From contig CBDCXL010000002.1 in NCBI GenBank assembly GCA_965223795.1, positions 3,072,001 through 3,136,000 of the forward strand: DNA of 64,000 nucleotides. Reading direction: 5' to 3'. Positions 1 to 9,626 of this stretch are shown here, piece after piece. The stretch is from Nitrospinales bacterium (GTDB lineage: Bacteria > Nitrospinota > Nitrospinia > Nitrospinales > VA-1). The translations under genes and the position numbers were made by a program. The stretch's first letter is position 1. Every line of letters starts with the position of its first letter. The notes under the pieces are model-generated. The model saw only the letters and a program-made list of their open reading frames with translations, made no database searches and was not told where the DNA came from.

Positions 1-259
1 TTTCCGGGATGCTGAGGCCGCTCACGGGCAGCGGGTAGCGGGCGAAATCCTCGCCTTTGAGAATGGGCAGGCTCAACTCGGCGCTCAGGGTTTCCAGCAG
101 CGTCTGCACGTGGATGTAGCCGTGGTCGGCCAGGGTCTTGCCCAGGTATTTGCCGGTGGACACGCAGGTTTCCTTCGCTTCCTTGAGCGCCTTTTCGGAG
201 ATCTTGCCGTGGCGCAACAGGATGCGCTCCACCGGATCTGTTTTCTTAAGCTTCGACAT
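1..259 (-). CDS. Type II secretion/pilus ATPase GspE/PulE family, N-terminal part (runs off window)
   Basis: Manual translation MSKLKKTDPVERILLRHGKISEKALKEAKE...YLGKTLADHGYI...; MshEN-like N-terminal pattern; downstream of a GspC-like gene. Confidence 0.7.
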   Translation of the reverse strand, partial: MSKLKKTDPVERILLRHGKISEKALKEAKETCVSTGKYLGKTLADHGYIHVQTLLETLSAELSLPILKGEDFARYPLPVSGLSIPE

Positions 260-286
260 GGTTCTCAAATTCGCTCTGCATGTTCC

Positions 287-1066
287 TCATCGTCCCGATA
301 TGCGCGGCCGCGGGATGCCCACGGGGATCGGCTGTTCGCTGTTGGCCGGCATCGGCGCTCCGGAGATACGGATCGAACGCGGCGCCGGGATGCGCCGGGC
401 CTGCTGCGTTTTGACCGGCTTAGGCGCTGGTTGTTTCCGGAGCTTTTTTTCCGGGATGAGCGCCCGCGGATTGAAGGATTCGCTTTTCTGGGTGAACGCG
501 TTGCCGTTCCGCTCGATGGGGGTGCGGCCTTTTTTCGCCAGCTTGAGGCGCAGCGTCGCGCCGCGTTTATTGTCGAGCACCGCTTCGGTTTTATCGATGC
601 GGGCGATCTGGTATTCGCCTATTTGGGCGCCGATCGGGTAGCCCCTCCGCTTGACTGGTTTTTTCGCGACGGTGCGGTCGCCCTTGAGCACGCTCATGCT
701 GCCTTCGAGAAAAGCCAGCGGCTTGCCGGGCAGCAGCATCACGCCGGTGAGCCTGAGATCGGGCGGCGGCACCTGCGGCGCGGGCGGAGCGACGGGCGAT
801 GCGGGACGCGGCGGCGGAGGCGGGGGGACGTAGTCGCGCCGGTCCTTGCGGAACAGGTTGGACTGCACGACGGCCTGGATGACGGCCGCATTGTACGGAT
901 GGTTGCGCACCGGGAGGGCCTGCGGCTGTGCGGGCGCGTCCAGAACGGAACCGGCGGTGATTTCGCGTGGGTATTTGGGATGCGTCCAGGTGCGGACGGC
1001 GAAAAACAGCAACACTCCGATGACTCCCAATAGAACACAGTTGATCGTGGTGGCGATCTTGCGCAC
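287..1066 (-). CDS. GspC/PilP-like type II secretion accessory protein
   Basis: N-terminal TM, poly-Pro linker, then LRLTGVMLLPGKPLAFLE...YPIGAQIGEYQIARID, resembling a GspC HR domain; GTG start inferred. Confidence 0.6.
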   Translation of the reverse strand: MRKIATTINCVLLGVIGVLLFFAVRTWTHPKYPREITAGSVLDAPAQPQALPVRNHPYNAAVIQAVVQSNLFRKDRRDYVPPPPPPRPASPVAPPAPQVPPPDLRLTGVMLLPGKPLAFLEGSMSVLKGDRTVAKKPVKRRGYPIGAQIGEYQIARIDKTEAVLDNKRGATLRLKLAKKGRTPIERNGNAFTQKSESFNPRALIPEKKLRKQPAPKPVKTQQARRIPAPRSIRISGAPMPANSEQPIPVGIPRPRISGR

Positions 1067-1366
1067 GCAACGTCCCCGCTTTGAGATTAAAACAATGATA
1101 TGATGGCTGTTTCCGTCCAGTGTGTGAAAGCGGGCGCGCAAAACGGTGTGTGCGGGCACAGCTTCACACCCTTTTGTCTCGGAAGTTCGGAGGAAAAACT
1201 TTACTTTATTTTCAAGGGGATGCGAGGAGATTGCGGGATTGAAAACGGGAAAATATTTCCGCTTTTGTTGCCCGAACAGGAAAAAATGTTTTCTTGAAAT
1301 TCAGAATGTTATTAATTAAATTTTCTTTGTTTAAATTTAAGTGAAATTAATTTTCGGGAGGCGGTT

Positions 1367-1729
1367 GTGAGCGAGCAGCAGTTGCTGGTGGAAGTGAAAA
1401 AACAGGTGCCGTTTCGTGTGTACGGCAAGGGGCCGGTGCTGGATCTTTTGCGAGAGATGGGGCATTTCGTGAATAAAAAAACGCCGCTCACGGTGACGGA
1501 CGCGTTCCGTTCGGACGAATCGGGAGAGATCGTGTGCGAGTTGTCGCTGGAAGGCGGCGGCAGCTGCACGGCGGCGATCACCAATCTGAAACTCGATATC
1601 ACGCACCCGCTTTACCGCAGGGTGAAAAACTACCGCGCCGAGGTGGTGGATGAGTTGCAGCAGCAGGAAGCGCCGGATGTGAACAAGGCTTCGTTCCGGG
1701 TGGGCGATTTGTATAAGAAGAATAAATGA
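1367..1729 (+). CDS. Hypothetical protein
   Basis: 120 aa ORF with GGGAGG RBS; no recognised motif. Confidence 0.65.
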   Translation: MSEQQLLVEVKKQVPFRVYGKGPVLDLLREMGHFVNKKTPLTVTDAFRSDESGEIVCELSLEGGGSCTAAITNLKLDITHPLYRRVKNYRAEVVDELQQQEAPDVNKASFRVGDLYKKNK

Positions 1730-1734
1730 GAATA

Positions 1735-2346
1735 TTAAGCATCAGAATAGAATTTAAATTTGAATCCGTATTCTGTCGCAAACCATTCTGCGAAGCCCTC
1801 ATGTTTTTTTAGATTTTTTGAGAAATGCTTGTCCACATGGTGGCCAATCTCGTGCACAAACACATCTCTTAAATAAAACATTTTGAGACTTTCCTCTGTG
1901 AATTCGATGATCACTCCTTGTTTGTCTGCTTTATGGATCTTCGCTCCCACTCGTTTGTAATCATTCAATATATGTGGGGCGGGAGTGGGCTTAAATTGAA
2001 TTTTCAAATGATCTTTGAGGAATGGGTGGATGAAGATGCAATCTTTCCAGTAGCAACCGTAACAAAATAATCTGCCATAAAATGTTTTTTCCTGTTTTTT
2101 GGAACCGCCAAGCAAAATAATACCCTCCAGACCAGAGGTGAACTCTTTTGGTATTTTGGCATATTGAGTTTTCAAATCGGCAACGGTCACGGGCATAAAA
2201 AAACGGGGGTGGAGGTCTTCTTGAAAGTATTTGGGGCAGCTTCCTGAATCTTCTAGTTCTTCCCAATGTTTCCAGTAGAACTTCGCAACCGCACTTCCTG
2301 CGGGATCAAAGGGGGCCCAATTCGACATTTTCGATTCACTGTACAT
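1735..2346 (-). CDS. Hypothetical zincin-like (HExxH) protein, AT-rich
   Basis: FVHEIGHHVD...HEGFAEWFA motif; start uncertain. Confidence 0.6.
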   Translation of the reverse strand: MYSESKMSNWAPFDPAGSAVAKFYWKHWEELEDSGSCPKYFQEDLHPRFFMPVTVADLKTQYAKIPKEFTSGLEGIILLGGSKKQEKTFYGRLFCYGCYWKDCIFIHPFLKDHLKIQFKPTPAPHILNDYKRVGAKIHKADKQGVIIEFTEESLKMFYLRDVFVHEIGHHVDKHFSKNLKKHEGFAEWFATEYGFKFKFYSDA

Positions 2347-2476
2347 ATTGGAACGCGTGCCTTTGCTGGTAGCGGATTGTTTTTTTCGCATGATTGTAAA
2401 CCGGGAAAGGGGTGATCGGCTGGAGGTTGCCCTCTGTCAAGCGGAAGGGGCTTTCGAGGCTTTTATCCGAAGAAAT

Positions 2477-3826
2477 TCAATTTTTTGCCTTCTCGGAGTT
2501 GATGAACTTTTTGAGGAAGGGGAACATGGCGCCGCGTTTGGTGATCATCTCCTCACGCGATTTTTTCACCACGTCCTCGTCGATCAGCGCGATGCCGCGT
2601 TCCTGGGCGAAGCGCTCGATGCCTTTCACCACCATGCCGCGCGCGAACGAAGGAATGCGCTCCAGCCGCTGCTTGGCTTCGGGGGTCCACTGGGTGTGGA
2701 ACTCGACTTCCAGGCCGAGGGTGTCCTCGATCTTGAGGGTGATCTCCTTGCCGCCGAATTTTCCAGGCTCGTAGTCGCAGGAGGTGTCCGGGGCCATGTA
2801 GTTGCCGGTCTCGGCGAACGCGCGCGCCCGGCAGCCGGAGCACATGGCGGAAAACTCGCAGGTGCCACATTTGCCTTCCAGGTTCTTGCGGTCGCGCAGC
2901 TGCCGCATGAGCGGCGCGTTTTCCCACAGGTCCTTGAAGGTGTTGGTTTTCAGGCTGCCCACCGATTCCTCGATGAACGGGCAGGGCGTCAGGTTGCCTT
3001 CGGGCGAGATGCGGCTGTAATGGGTCGCCGCCGGGCAGCCGCCGGAGTAGGTGCGGGTGTACACGGAGTCCGGATCGTTCTCGTACACGACGCGCTTGTA
3101 CTGGGGCGCGCACTTGGAGTTGATCATCAGCCGGCCCTTGTACTTCATCTGCTGATCGTAAAGGATCTTGAGCGCCTGCTCGTAGGCGTCGTTGGAGATG
3201 TCGGTGTTGCCCTGGCCGCGGCCGGTGCACACCAGGAAGTACAGGTTGAACGCCACCGCGCCGATCTTCTCGGCGAAGGCGACCACGTCCGGAATCTCCT
3301 GGTAGTTCATGTCGGAGACGGACATCTGAATGAGAAAGTCGATCCCCACCTCGTTCATGACGTTGAACGCTTCCATGGAGCGTTCCCAGGCCTGATCGAC
3401 GCCGCGGAACTTGTTGTGCTTGAGCGGTTCCATCGAGTCGATGCTGATGCCCACGCCGTGCGCGCCGGCGTTTTTGATCTTGATGGCGTTTTCCCGGTTG
3501 ATGAGGGTGCCGTTGGTGCCGAGCACCACCATGAATTTCCTGTCCGCCGCGTAGCGGATGATCTCGTAGATGTCCGGCCGCAAAAGCGGCTCGCCGCCGG
3601 TGAGGATGAGAAAGGCATTGGGGTTCACTTCGGCGATCTGGTCGATGACGTTGAAACACTGCTCAGTGTTCAGCTCGTCGGTGCGGAACCCGCCGCGGAA
3701 ATCCGCGTCCAGATAGCAGTGGTCACAATTGAGGTTGCACCTCTTGGTGAGATTCCAGGAGATGGAATAAGCCCGGAAATCCATTTTCTCGGGGCTGATT
3801 TCAAAGGTGCCGGAATTGGGTTCCAT
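2477..3826 (-). CDS. Radical SAM/SPASM protein of AhbC/AhbD/NirJ type with C-terminal PCP_red-like domain
   Basis: CNLNCDHC, TGGEPLLR, SPASM cysteines (CPA..., GKCGTCEFSAMCSGCRARA...C), C-terminal WTPEAKQRLERIPSFARGMVVKGIERFA. Confidence 0.8.
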   Translation of the reverse strand: MEPNSGTFEISPEKMDFRAYSISWNLTKRCNLNCDHCYLDADFRGGFRTDELNTEQCFNVIDQIAEVNPNAFLILTGGEPLLRPDIYEIIRYAADRKFMVVLGTNGTLINRENAIKIKNAGAHGVGISIDSMEPLKHNKFRGVDQAWERSMEAFNVMNEVGIDFLIQMSVSDMNYQEIPDVVAFAEKIGAVAFNLYFLVCTGRGQGNTDISNDAYEQALKILYDQQMKYKGRLMINSKCAPQYKRVVYENDPDSVYTRTYSGGCPAATHYSRISPEGNLTPCPFIEESVGSLKTNTFKDLWENAPLMRQLRDRKNLEGKCGTCEFSAMCSGCRARAFAETGNYMAPDTSCDYEPGKFGGKEITLKIEDTLGLEVEFHTQWTPEAKQRLERIPSFARGMVVKGIERFAQERGIALIDEDVVKKSREEMITKRGAMFPFLKKFINSEKAKN

Positions 3827-3953
3827 GATCGCTTTCAGCTTTCTGTTTGAAAATGCCGTTCTCCCGCTTTCCGGCCGGTTGAAAGGGGCGGAAAGGCAGG
3901 AATTTAAAAGGCGTATTTGACCTGTGACGTTTTATCATATAGGGTTTTTTATT

Positions 3954-4775
3954 ATGAAACAATTATTTTGCGGCAGATGGGCGGCGGCGGTCCTGATTCT
4001 GGGCCTTCTCGTTCTGGCGGCGCAGGCGGCGGGCGGCCACGGCATGGATTCCGGGCCCCGAATCTATTGGATTATCGGGCCGGGGGAGACGGACCCGCCG
4101 CCCCGAACGCTGGAATCGCTGGAGGCTTTCGGGGCGGAGATCGTGGGCAGCGCGTATTTCGACAGGGCGCTGGATTACAAGGGAACGCAGTTTCGCGCCA
4201 TCTCCTTCGCCGATCTCATCGACCGGTTCGACCCGCTGGGGCGGACGACGGCGGTGCTGCTCAACTGTTTCGACGATTACCAGGGCATCCTGTCGATCGA
4301 GGACATCGGCCGCTACGATCTCAGGCTCGCCACGCGCATCGAGGTGCTGCCGGAATACGAAAAACCGGACTGGCTGCATCCGCTTCTGGTGCTGGTGCCC
4401 GACGGCAGCGACGCGCCGTTTCAGGAACGGTTTCTCACCGCCAACATCCGCGAGCTGGTGTTCGTGGATCTGGATGCATATTACGCGCCGCTGCGCGCGG
4501 CGGCTGGCACGGATGAAAACGCGCTCGCGGGCTACGCGGCGTTTGTGGACAACTGCCTGTTCTGCCATTCGCTGGAAGGGGTGGGGGGCAACAAGGGGAT
4601 TCCCTTGCTCGAGAACTACGATTTTTCATCGGCTGCTGCGAAGGAGCGGTTCAAGGCGGATTTTTACGGCTTTCACCACGCGGACAATCCGGATAAGCAG
4701 AACGTCGAGCAGTTCGTGACGCCGGAGCTGCTGGAAAACATCGCCGGCTTTCTGGCAAGGGTCGGCGGGCGCTGA
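3954..4775 (+). CDS. Exported monoheme cytochrome c fused to a molybdopterin-oxidoreductase-like N-terminal domain
   Basis: Signal peptide; CLFCH heme motif; N-terminal FRAISFADLI...LLNCFDDY pattern. Confidence 0.6.
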   Translation: MKQLFCGRWAAAVLILGLLVLAAQAAGGHGMDSGPRIYWIIGPGETDPPPRTLESLEAFGAEIVGSAYFDRALDYKGTQFRAISFADLIDRFDPLGRTTAVLLNCFDDYQGILSIEDIGRYDLRLATRIEVLPEYEKPDWLHPLLVLVPDGSDAPFQERFLTANIRELVFVDLDAYYAPLRAAAGTDENALAGYAAFVDNCLFCHSLEGVGGNKGIPLLENYDFSSAAAKERFKADFYGFHHADNPDKQNVEQFVTPELLENIAGFLARVGGR

Positions 4776-4781
4776 GCGGGT

Positions 4782-4985
4782 TCAGGAAGTTTTGACCTTA
4801 GGCTGCTGTCTGAGATCCATGACCTCGCGGATGGTCTCGTACAGGCGGTCCTGAAATTTTCTGCCGTCGTGGTCCTTGGCCACGAATCCGTCCGCGCCGC
4901 TGCGCTTGGCGTATTCTTTCGCCAGCGTGTTGTTGATGGCGGTCGCCATGATGATCCATCGGGCGCGATCCGCCGGGTTCTCTTT
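4782..4985 (-). pseudogene. Remnant of a response-regulator receiver domain (C-terminal half)
   Basis: IIMATA...AKRSGADGFVAK resembles receiver beta4-alpha4-beta5; no N-terminal acidic pocket or phospho-Asp in frame. Confidence 0.4.
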
Positions 4986-5314
4986 GTCAGGTTGCAAGCC
5001 TCCTGCCGAAATGGTTGTTTCCCTTAATGAAAGCCGGATTATAAAGGGGCGGCCCGGATTTCCGCGCGGGACAAGACCCGCAGACCGCATCGCGGTTTTG
5101 CGGGCGGGTTCGCCTGAAGAGGGGCGATGCCGGACGCCGGGATATTGTCCGGAAGCGGTGACAGGCGGACGCCGGCTTTGTGCGGGTTTTGTGCCTCATG
5201 TTTTCAATTGACAGCGACCTCAAGCGTGCTATTTTGATAGTTTCAACCAAGCGCCGTCATCGGGTTCCCCATGCCGAAATGGAAACGGAGCCCTTTGCTT
5301 AAGAGGACGATTCC

Positions 5315-5710
5315 GTGAATCTGACGATTTCGCTTTTCTTCGCCCTGGGCACCGCCCTGGAGCTGTTCGGTCTTAAGGTCGTGAGCGATGCCATCAGCAT
5401 CGTCAACACCCTCAACCTGATCATGCTCAGCTTTCTGATTGGCGTGGTGGTCGGGCGGAGCTGGGGCAAGCACTATTTCGAAAAAATGCAATGGCACCTG
5501 AAATCCCGCACTCTGCCCAACGATGAGGTGTTGAACGGCACGGTGATGACCATCGCCAGCATGCTGCTGATCACGCCCGGCGTGGTGACGGACTTTCTGG
5601 GACTGCTGATCCTGATTCCGTTCACGCGCGGTATTTTCAAGGAAATCACGCTGGATCTGGTGAAAAAGAAGATCTCGCGGGGAGAGCTGTTCTTTTTCTT
5701 CCGAAACTGA
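5315..5710 (+). CDS. fxsA: FxsA family membrane protein
   Basis: LLITPGVVTDFLGLLILIPFTR signature. Confidence 0.8.
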   Translation: MNLTISLFFALGTALELFGLKVVSDAISIVNTLNLIMLSFLIGVVVGRSWGKHYFEKMQWHLKSRTLPNDEVLNGTVMTIASMLLITPGVVTDFLGLLILIPFTRGIFKEITLDLVKKKISRGELFFFFRN

Positions 5711-5749
5711 GGGTCCCGCCTTTCGTTTCCGCCGGGCCGGAAATTCCGC

Positions 5750-6481
5750 ATGATCTTTTCGCCGCCACCCCGTAACTTCCGCGCCGAGCTTCTGGATCTG
5801 GATGAAGCGCCGTTCGAGGAGGTGCGCGACAGCCTGTCCGATGTCCGCAAGGTCAACCGTTACCTGAGCGGCTACCGGGTGCTGCTGACGCACGCGGCCC
5901 AATTCCTTCGCAGTCACCCGGAGAACCGTCCGCTGACCGTCCTGGATGTGGCGACGGGCTCCGCCGACCAGCCCGCCGCGCTGATACGGCAGGCGCGCCG
6001 CATGAAGGTTCCGGTCCGCGTTCTCGCTCTCGATATCAATCACAAGATGCTGCTGTACGCGCGCGAGATGACCGCGCGGCTGCCGGAAATCCGGCTGGTG
6101 CAGGGCGACGTGTTTTCCCTGCCGTTCGCGGACAACAGCATCGACCTCATCATCAACTCGCTGTCGCTGCACCATTTCGCCTGGGACGACGCGGTGAAAA
6201 TTCTCAAGTCCATGCACCGCATCTGCCGGATGGGATTCATCGTCAACGACCTCAACCGCAGCCGGGTGGCGCACGCCTCGATCTTTCTTCTGACGCGGCT
6301 GCTCACGAAAAACCGGCTGACCCGCTACGACGCGCCGGTGTCGGTGATGAACGCGTTCACGCCGGATGAATTCAAAAAGCTGGCGGAGCAGGCCGGGATC
6401 GAACGCTATGAGATCCACCGCCATTTCCCTTACCGCATCGCCTTCGTCGTGAAAAAGGATGCGGCCGCTGCCACGCCATGA
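5750..6481 (+). CDS. SAM-dependent methyltransferase
   Basis: ELLD...VNRYLSG, VLDVATGSAD motif I, SLSLHHF, VNDL, TRYDAPVSV. Confidence 0.85.
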   Translation: MIFSPPPRNFRAELLDLDEAPFEEVRDSLSDVRKVNRYLSGYRVLLTHAAQFLRSHPENRPLTVLDVATGSADQPAALIRQARRMKVPVRVLALDINHKMLLYAREMTARLPEIRLVQGDVFSLPFADNSIDLIINSLSLHHFAWDDAVKILKSMHRICRMGFIVNDLNRSRVAHASIFLLTRLLTKNRLTRYDAPVSVMNAFTPDEFKKLAEQAGIERYEIHRHFPYRIAFVVKKDAAAATP

Positions 6482-7740
6482 AACCCACCGACGTTCTGAT
6501 CATCGGCGGCGGCCCCGCCGGAGCCGCATCGGCCCTGTTTCTCAACCGGCTGGGCTATCGGGTGCGGCTTTTGGAGCAGGCACGGTTTCCGCGGGACAAG
6601 GTGTGCGGCGAATTCATCAGCCCGGCGGCGGACCCTATTTTTGAAGAGCTGGGCGTGCTGTCCGCCCTGGAGGCGGGAAAGCCGGTGCGGCTCAAGGGCG
6701 TTGCGGTTTCCTCCTACGAAACGGCGGAATTCGCCGTGGAATACCCGATGCAGTCCGGGCGGCCGATGACCAGTCTGTCGGTGCCGCGTTCGGTGCTCGA
6801 CCCGCTTCTGCTGGACACGGTCAAGGCGGCGGGGGTGGAGGTGCTGGAAGGGTGCAAGGCGACGGATTTCATCCTGGAGTCGGGCAACGTTGCCGGCGTC
6901 CGGGGCCGGGACGACACCGGCAAGGCATTCGACGCGCGGGCACGGGTGGTGATCGACGCGGGCGGCCGGAACTGTCTTTCGATCCGCAGGTTCGGGCTCA
7001 GAAAAAAAGCGAGGCCGGGCGCCAAGATCGCGCTCGCCGCGCACTGGCGGGGAACCCGGGCGCTAAAGGATTACTGCTACATGCACATCAGCCGGCCTGG
7101 ATACACGGGCATGGCGCCGACGGGCGCGGACGAAGCCAACATCGTGCTAGTGGTGGACCGGGAATGTCTCAAAGGCGAGGACCGGCAGGAATTTTATGTG
7201 CGGACGGTGCTCAAAAACCCGCTGCGGAAAAAACTTCTGCAAGGCGGTGAAGTTATGGAGACGGCGAGGGCGGTGGATTCTCTGGAATATTCAGTGCGAC
7301 CGCTCAAGGTGGGAGGGTTGCTGCTTGTCGGGGACGCGACCGGGTTCATCGATCCGTTCACCGGAGAGGGGATCTATCTGTCGTTGCGCAGCGCGCAGAT
7401 CGCCGCGGCTGTGCTCGACAGTGCGTTCGACGCAGGGGATTGTTCCCGCAGCCAGCTCAAACACTACGATGCGCTGCGGCATCGCGAGTTCGACCGCAAA
7501 TATCTGTTGAGCCGGATTCTGCAGGCGCTGATCACCAGGCCGGACTGGTGCAACCGGGTGGTCGGGACTTTGCAACGCAATCCCGGCCTGGCCGCCACGC
7601 TGGTGGGGGTGATCGGCGATTACGTGCCGGCCCGCAAGGTGGTCTCGCTCTCATTTCTCATGCGGCTGCTGCTGCGAAGCGTGGTGACGCCGCGCAGGCT
7701 GCCTGCATTGCCCCGGACCGGAGCGCGGCAGGAGTTGTGA
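6478..7740 (+). CDS. FAD-dependent oxidoreductase (geranylgeranyl reductase/monooxygenase-like)
   Basis: GGGPAG, FPRDKVCGE, GDATGFIDPFTGEGI; ATGA overlap with the methyltransferase. Confidence 0.85.
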   Translation: MKPTDVLIIGGGPAGAASALFLNRLGYRVRLLEQARFPRDKVCGEFISPAADPIFEELGVLSALEAGKPVRLKGVAVSSYETAEFAVEYPMQSGRPMTSLSVPRSVLDPLLLDTVKAAGVEVLEGCKATDFILESGNVAGVRGRDDTGKAFDARARVVIDAGGRNCLSIRRFGLRKKARPGAKIALAAHWRGTRALKDYCYMHISRPGYTGMAPTGADEANIVLVVDRECLKGEDRQEFYVRTVLKNPLRKKLLQGGEVMETARAVDSLEYSVRPLKVGGLLLVGDATGFIDPFTGEGIYLSLRSAQIAAAVLDSAFDAGDCSRSQLKHYDALRHREFDRKYLLSRILQALITRPDWCNRVVGTLQRNPGLAATLVGVIGDYVPARKVVSLSFLMRLLLRSVVTPRRLPALPRTGARQEL

Positions 7741-7747
7741 CCGCGTT

Positions 7748-7975
7748 TCAGTGCAGGCTGGAATGGTATTCGTGCAGGATGGCTTCCAGCCGGTCCTTCA
7801 TTTTGAGCTTCTGTTTCTGGTGGTTCTTCTTTTCCAGTTCCTGATCGGCTGTCAGGAACTTCATTTTATTGAGCTCATCGACTTTCTGCTTCAGCTCAGC
7901 GTGCTCCTCATAGAGTTTTTTGAATTCTTCATTTTCTTTCTGAAGTTTCTCAAGCAACTCCGGATCGATCTGCAT
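7748..7975 (-). CDS. DUF465/YdcH family coiled-coil protein
   Basis: EFKKLYEEHAEL...KKQKLKMKDRL pattern. Confidence 0.75.
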   Translation of the reverse strand: MQIDPELLEKLQKENEEFKKLYEEHAELKQKVDELNKMKFLTADQELEKKNHQKQKLKMKDRLEAILHEYHSSLH

Positions 7976-7991
7976 ATTTTCGCCTCCCTGT

Positions 7992-8678
7992 TTATGTATT
8001 TCGGGATAAGTTGAGTTCCGCTTCCGGTTTTCTCACATAATTCAAGGTCAAATCGTTCAGACGGCTGGGTTCCACAACGCAGTTTTGCGCCAGGCGTGCG
8101 GCACTGGCGGCGACGGTCCGGTGCGGGACCTCCTGATTGCGGATGAACCGGGATTTCAGCTCGCTTGCAAGAAAACCACCATAGGTTTCGAGACCGCTGC
8201 CGATGAAAACCGTCGGCTCCGTGACCTCGCCGCACAACTGCGCCGGAGACAGGGTCCGGTCCGGCGAGGTTCTCACGATGCGTCCCGCTTCGTATCTGAA
8301 AAAAGCACAGTACACTTCTTTTTTTCTTGCGTCCAAAAGGGCGCAAATCGGTTCCGACACAGGCTTGGCGCAGGCGGCCAGAGCCTCGAGCGTCGCAACC
8401 CCCGCGAAGGGCTTTTCCGTTGCCAGAACCAGCCCTTTGATCAGGCTCAGGCCGACGCGCAGGCCGGTGAACGAGCCGGGTCCCGTGGTGACGCTGAACG
8501 CGTCGACGTCCTCAAGCTCCACTCCCGCTTCGGAGAGCACTTCGTCCACCATACGCAACAGACAGCCTGAAAAGCTGGCGGATCCTGCTAGCAATTTTTG
8601 GGAAAGTATGTGGTCGTGTTCAAGGAGGGCGACACTGCCTCGGGGGATAGATGAATCAATTCCCAGGATTCTTTTCAT
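7992..8678 (-). CDS. tsaB: tRNA threonylcarbamoyladenosine biosynthesis protein TsaB
   Basis: ILGIDSS, GPGSFTGLRVG, LDARKKEVY, YVRKPEAE. Confidence 0.95.
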   Translation of the reverse strand: MKRILGIDSSIPRGSVALLEHDHILSQKLLAGSASFSGCLLRMVDEVLSEAGVELEDVDAFSVTTGPGSFTGLRVGLSLIKGLVLATEKPFAGVATLEALAACAKPVSEPICALLDARKKEVYCAFFRYEAGRIVRTSPDRTLSPAQLCGEVTEPTVFIGSGLETYGGFLASELKSRFIRNQEVPHRTVAASAARLAQNCVVEPSRLNDLTLNYVRKPEAELNLSRNT

Positions 8679-9168
8679 GCCGTGAATGACCGGAATTGGT
8701 TTCCACCGTAGCCAACGTCACCAGTGTAGTCCTTTATCGATTGCAACGCAAACTTAGATCATCGCGCCTTTATTGTCAATTAAAAAGCCCTGTTCAAAGA
8801 ATCTGAAACCGCCCGACGGGAAAGGAATAAAAGCAATCAAAATAAGCGGTTGACCGTTTTCTGCGAGCGCGCCGACGCGAAGCGGCGAACCCTTTGCGAC
8901 GGGAGAAGACCGGGAAACTTTCCTATGCGTTCCGAGTGGGGATATGGAAATCTATTCATGAAAAAGAGATCCGTTCTTGTTAAATCGGTTAAGGTAAATC
9001 TGTTTTTGGGTGCTAACAATTGAATTTATTGAGCTTATTTTCTTGACAAATTTACAAGATGCAATTATTTTGATATGCACGGTAAACCTTGATAGTGCCC
9101 ATTATTCGAGATACCAAAGAGAATTGAGGAAATGAGTAGAGAAAATCAAAATCATTATCGCAAAGGGG

Positions 9169-9378
9169 ATGGCCATGTTTTTTGAGGTTAAGATTTTCAA
9201 TGCCGATGGAGAATTGAAGCGGATCGTTTCCCCGAAAAAACTGAGCAAGCAATTCTGGAAGGAAAGCGAGAACGCCCAGCCCGACTTCACAGACCAGGAG
9301 ATCCCCGGAGAGGACTGGGGCATGAAGGGCCTGAGCGGAGAGAAGGTGCGCATTCAGGTGGACGACACCGTATCCTAG
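9169..9378 (+). CDS. Small hypothetical protein
   Basis: 69 aa ORF with AAGGGG RBS and GC-rich third positions. Confidence 0.55.
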   Translation: MAMFFEVKIFNADGELKRIVSPKKLSKQFWKESENAQPDFTDQEIPGEDWGMKGLSGEKVRIQVDDTVS

Positions 9379-9626
9379 CTTTGAACTGGAAAAACCGGCC
9401 GGTTTTTCGGTATCACTGACTCATTCGAATCCAGATCCGAACCTTTCCCCTTTCCGGATTCCCACCCGTCACAAGAGGCATCTCCCGCTGCGGGAGTCCG
9501 GTTGTATTTACGCCCGTTTCGAGTTTTATCCCCCCATGCCGCGAAAATTATGCTACTAGAATTGTTACCCTTGGACAGATGAGCCCGGTTTTCGGGTTCT
9601 GCGCTTTTTAGAATCAGGAGTTTGCC

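Noticed and set aside
8840..8945. GC-rich intergenic stretch as a possible riboswitch or sRNA
   Set aside because: No convincing c-di-GMP or other aptamer consensus on either strand
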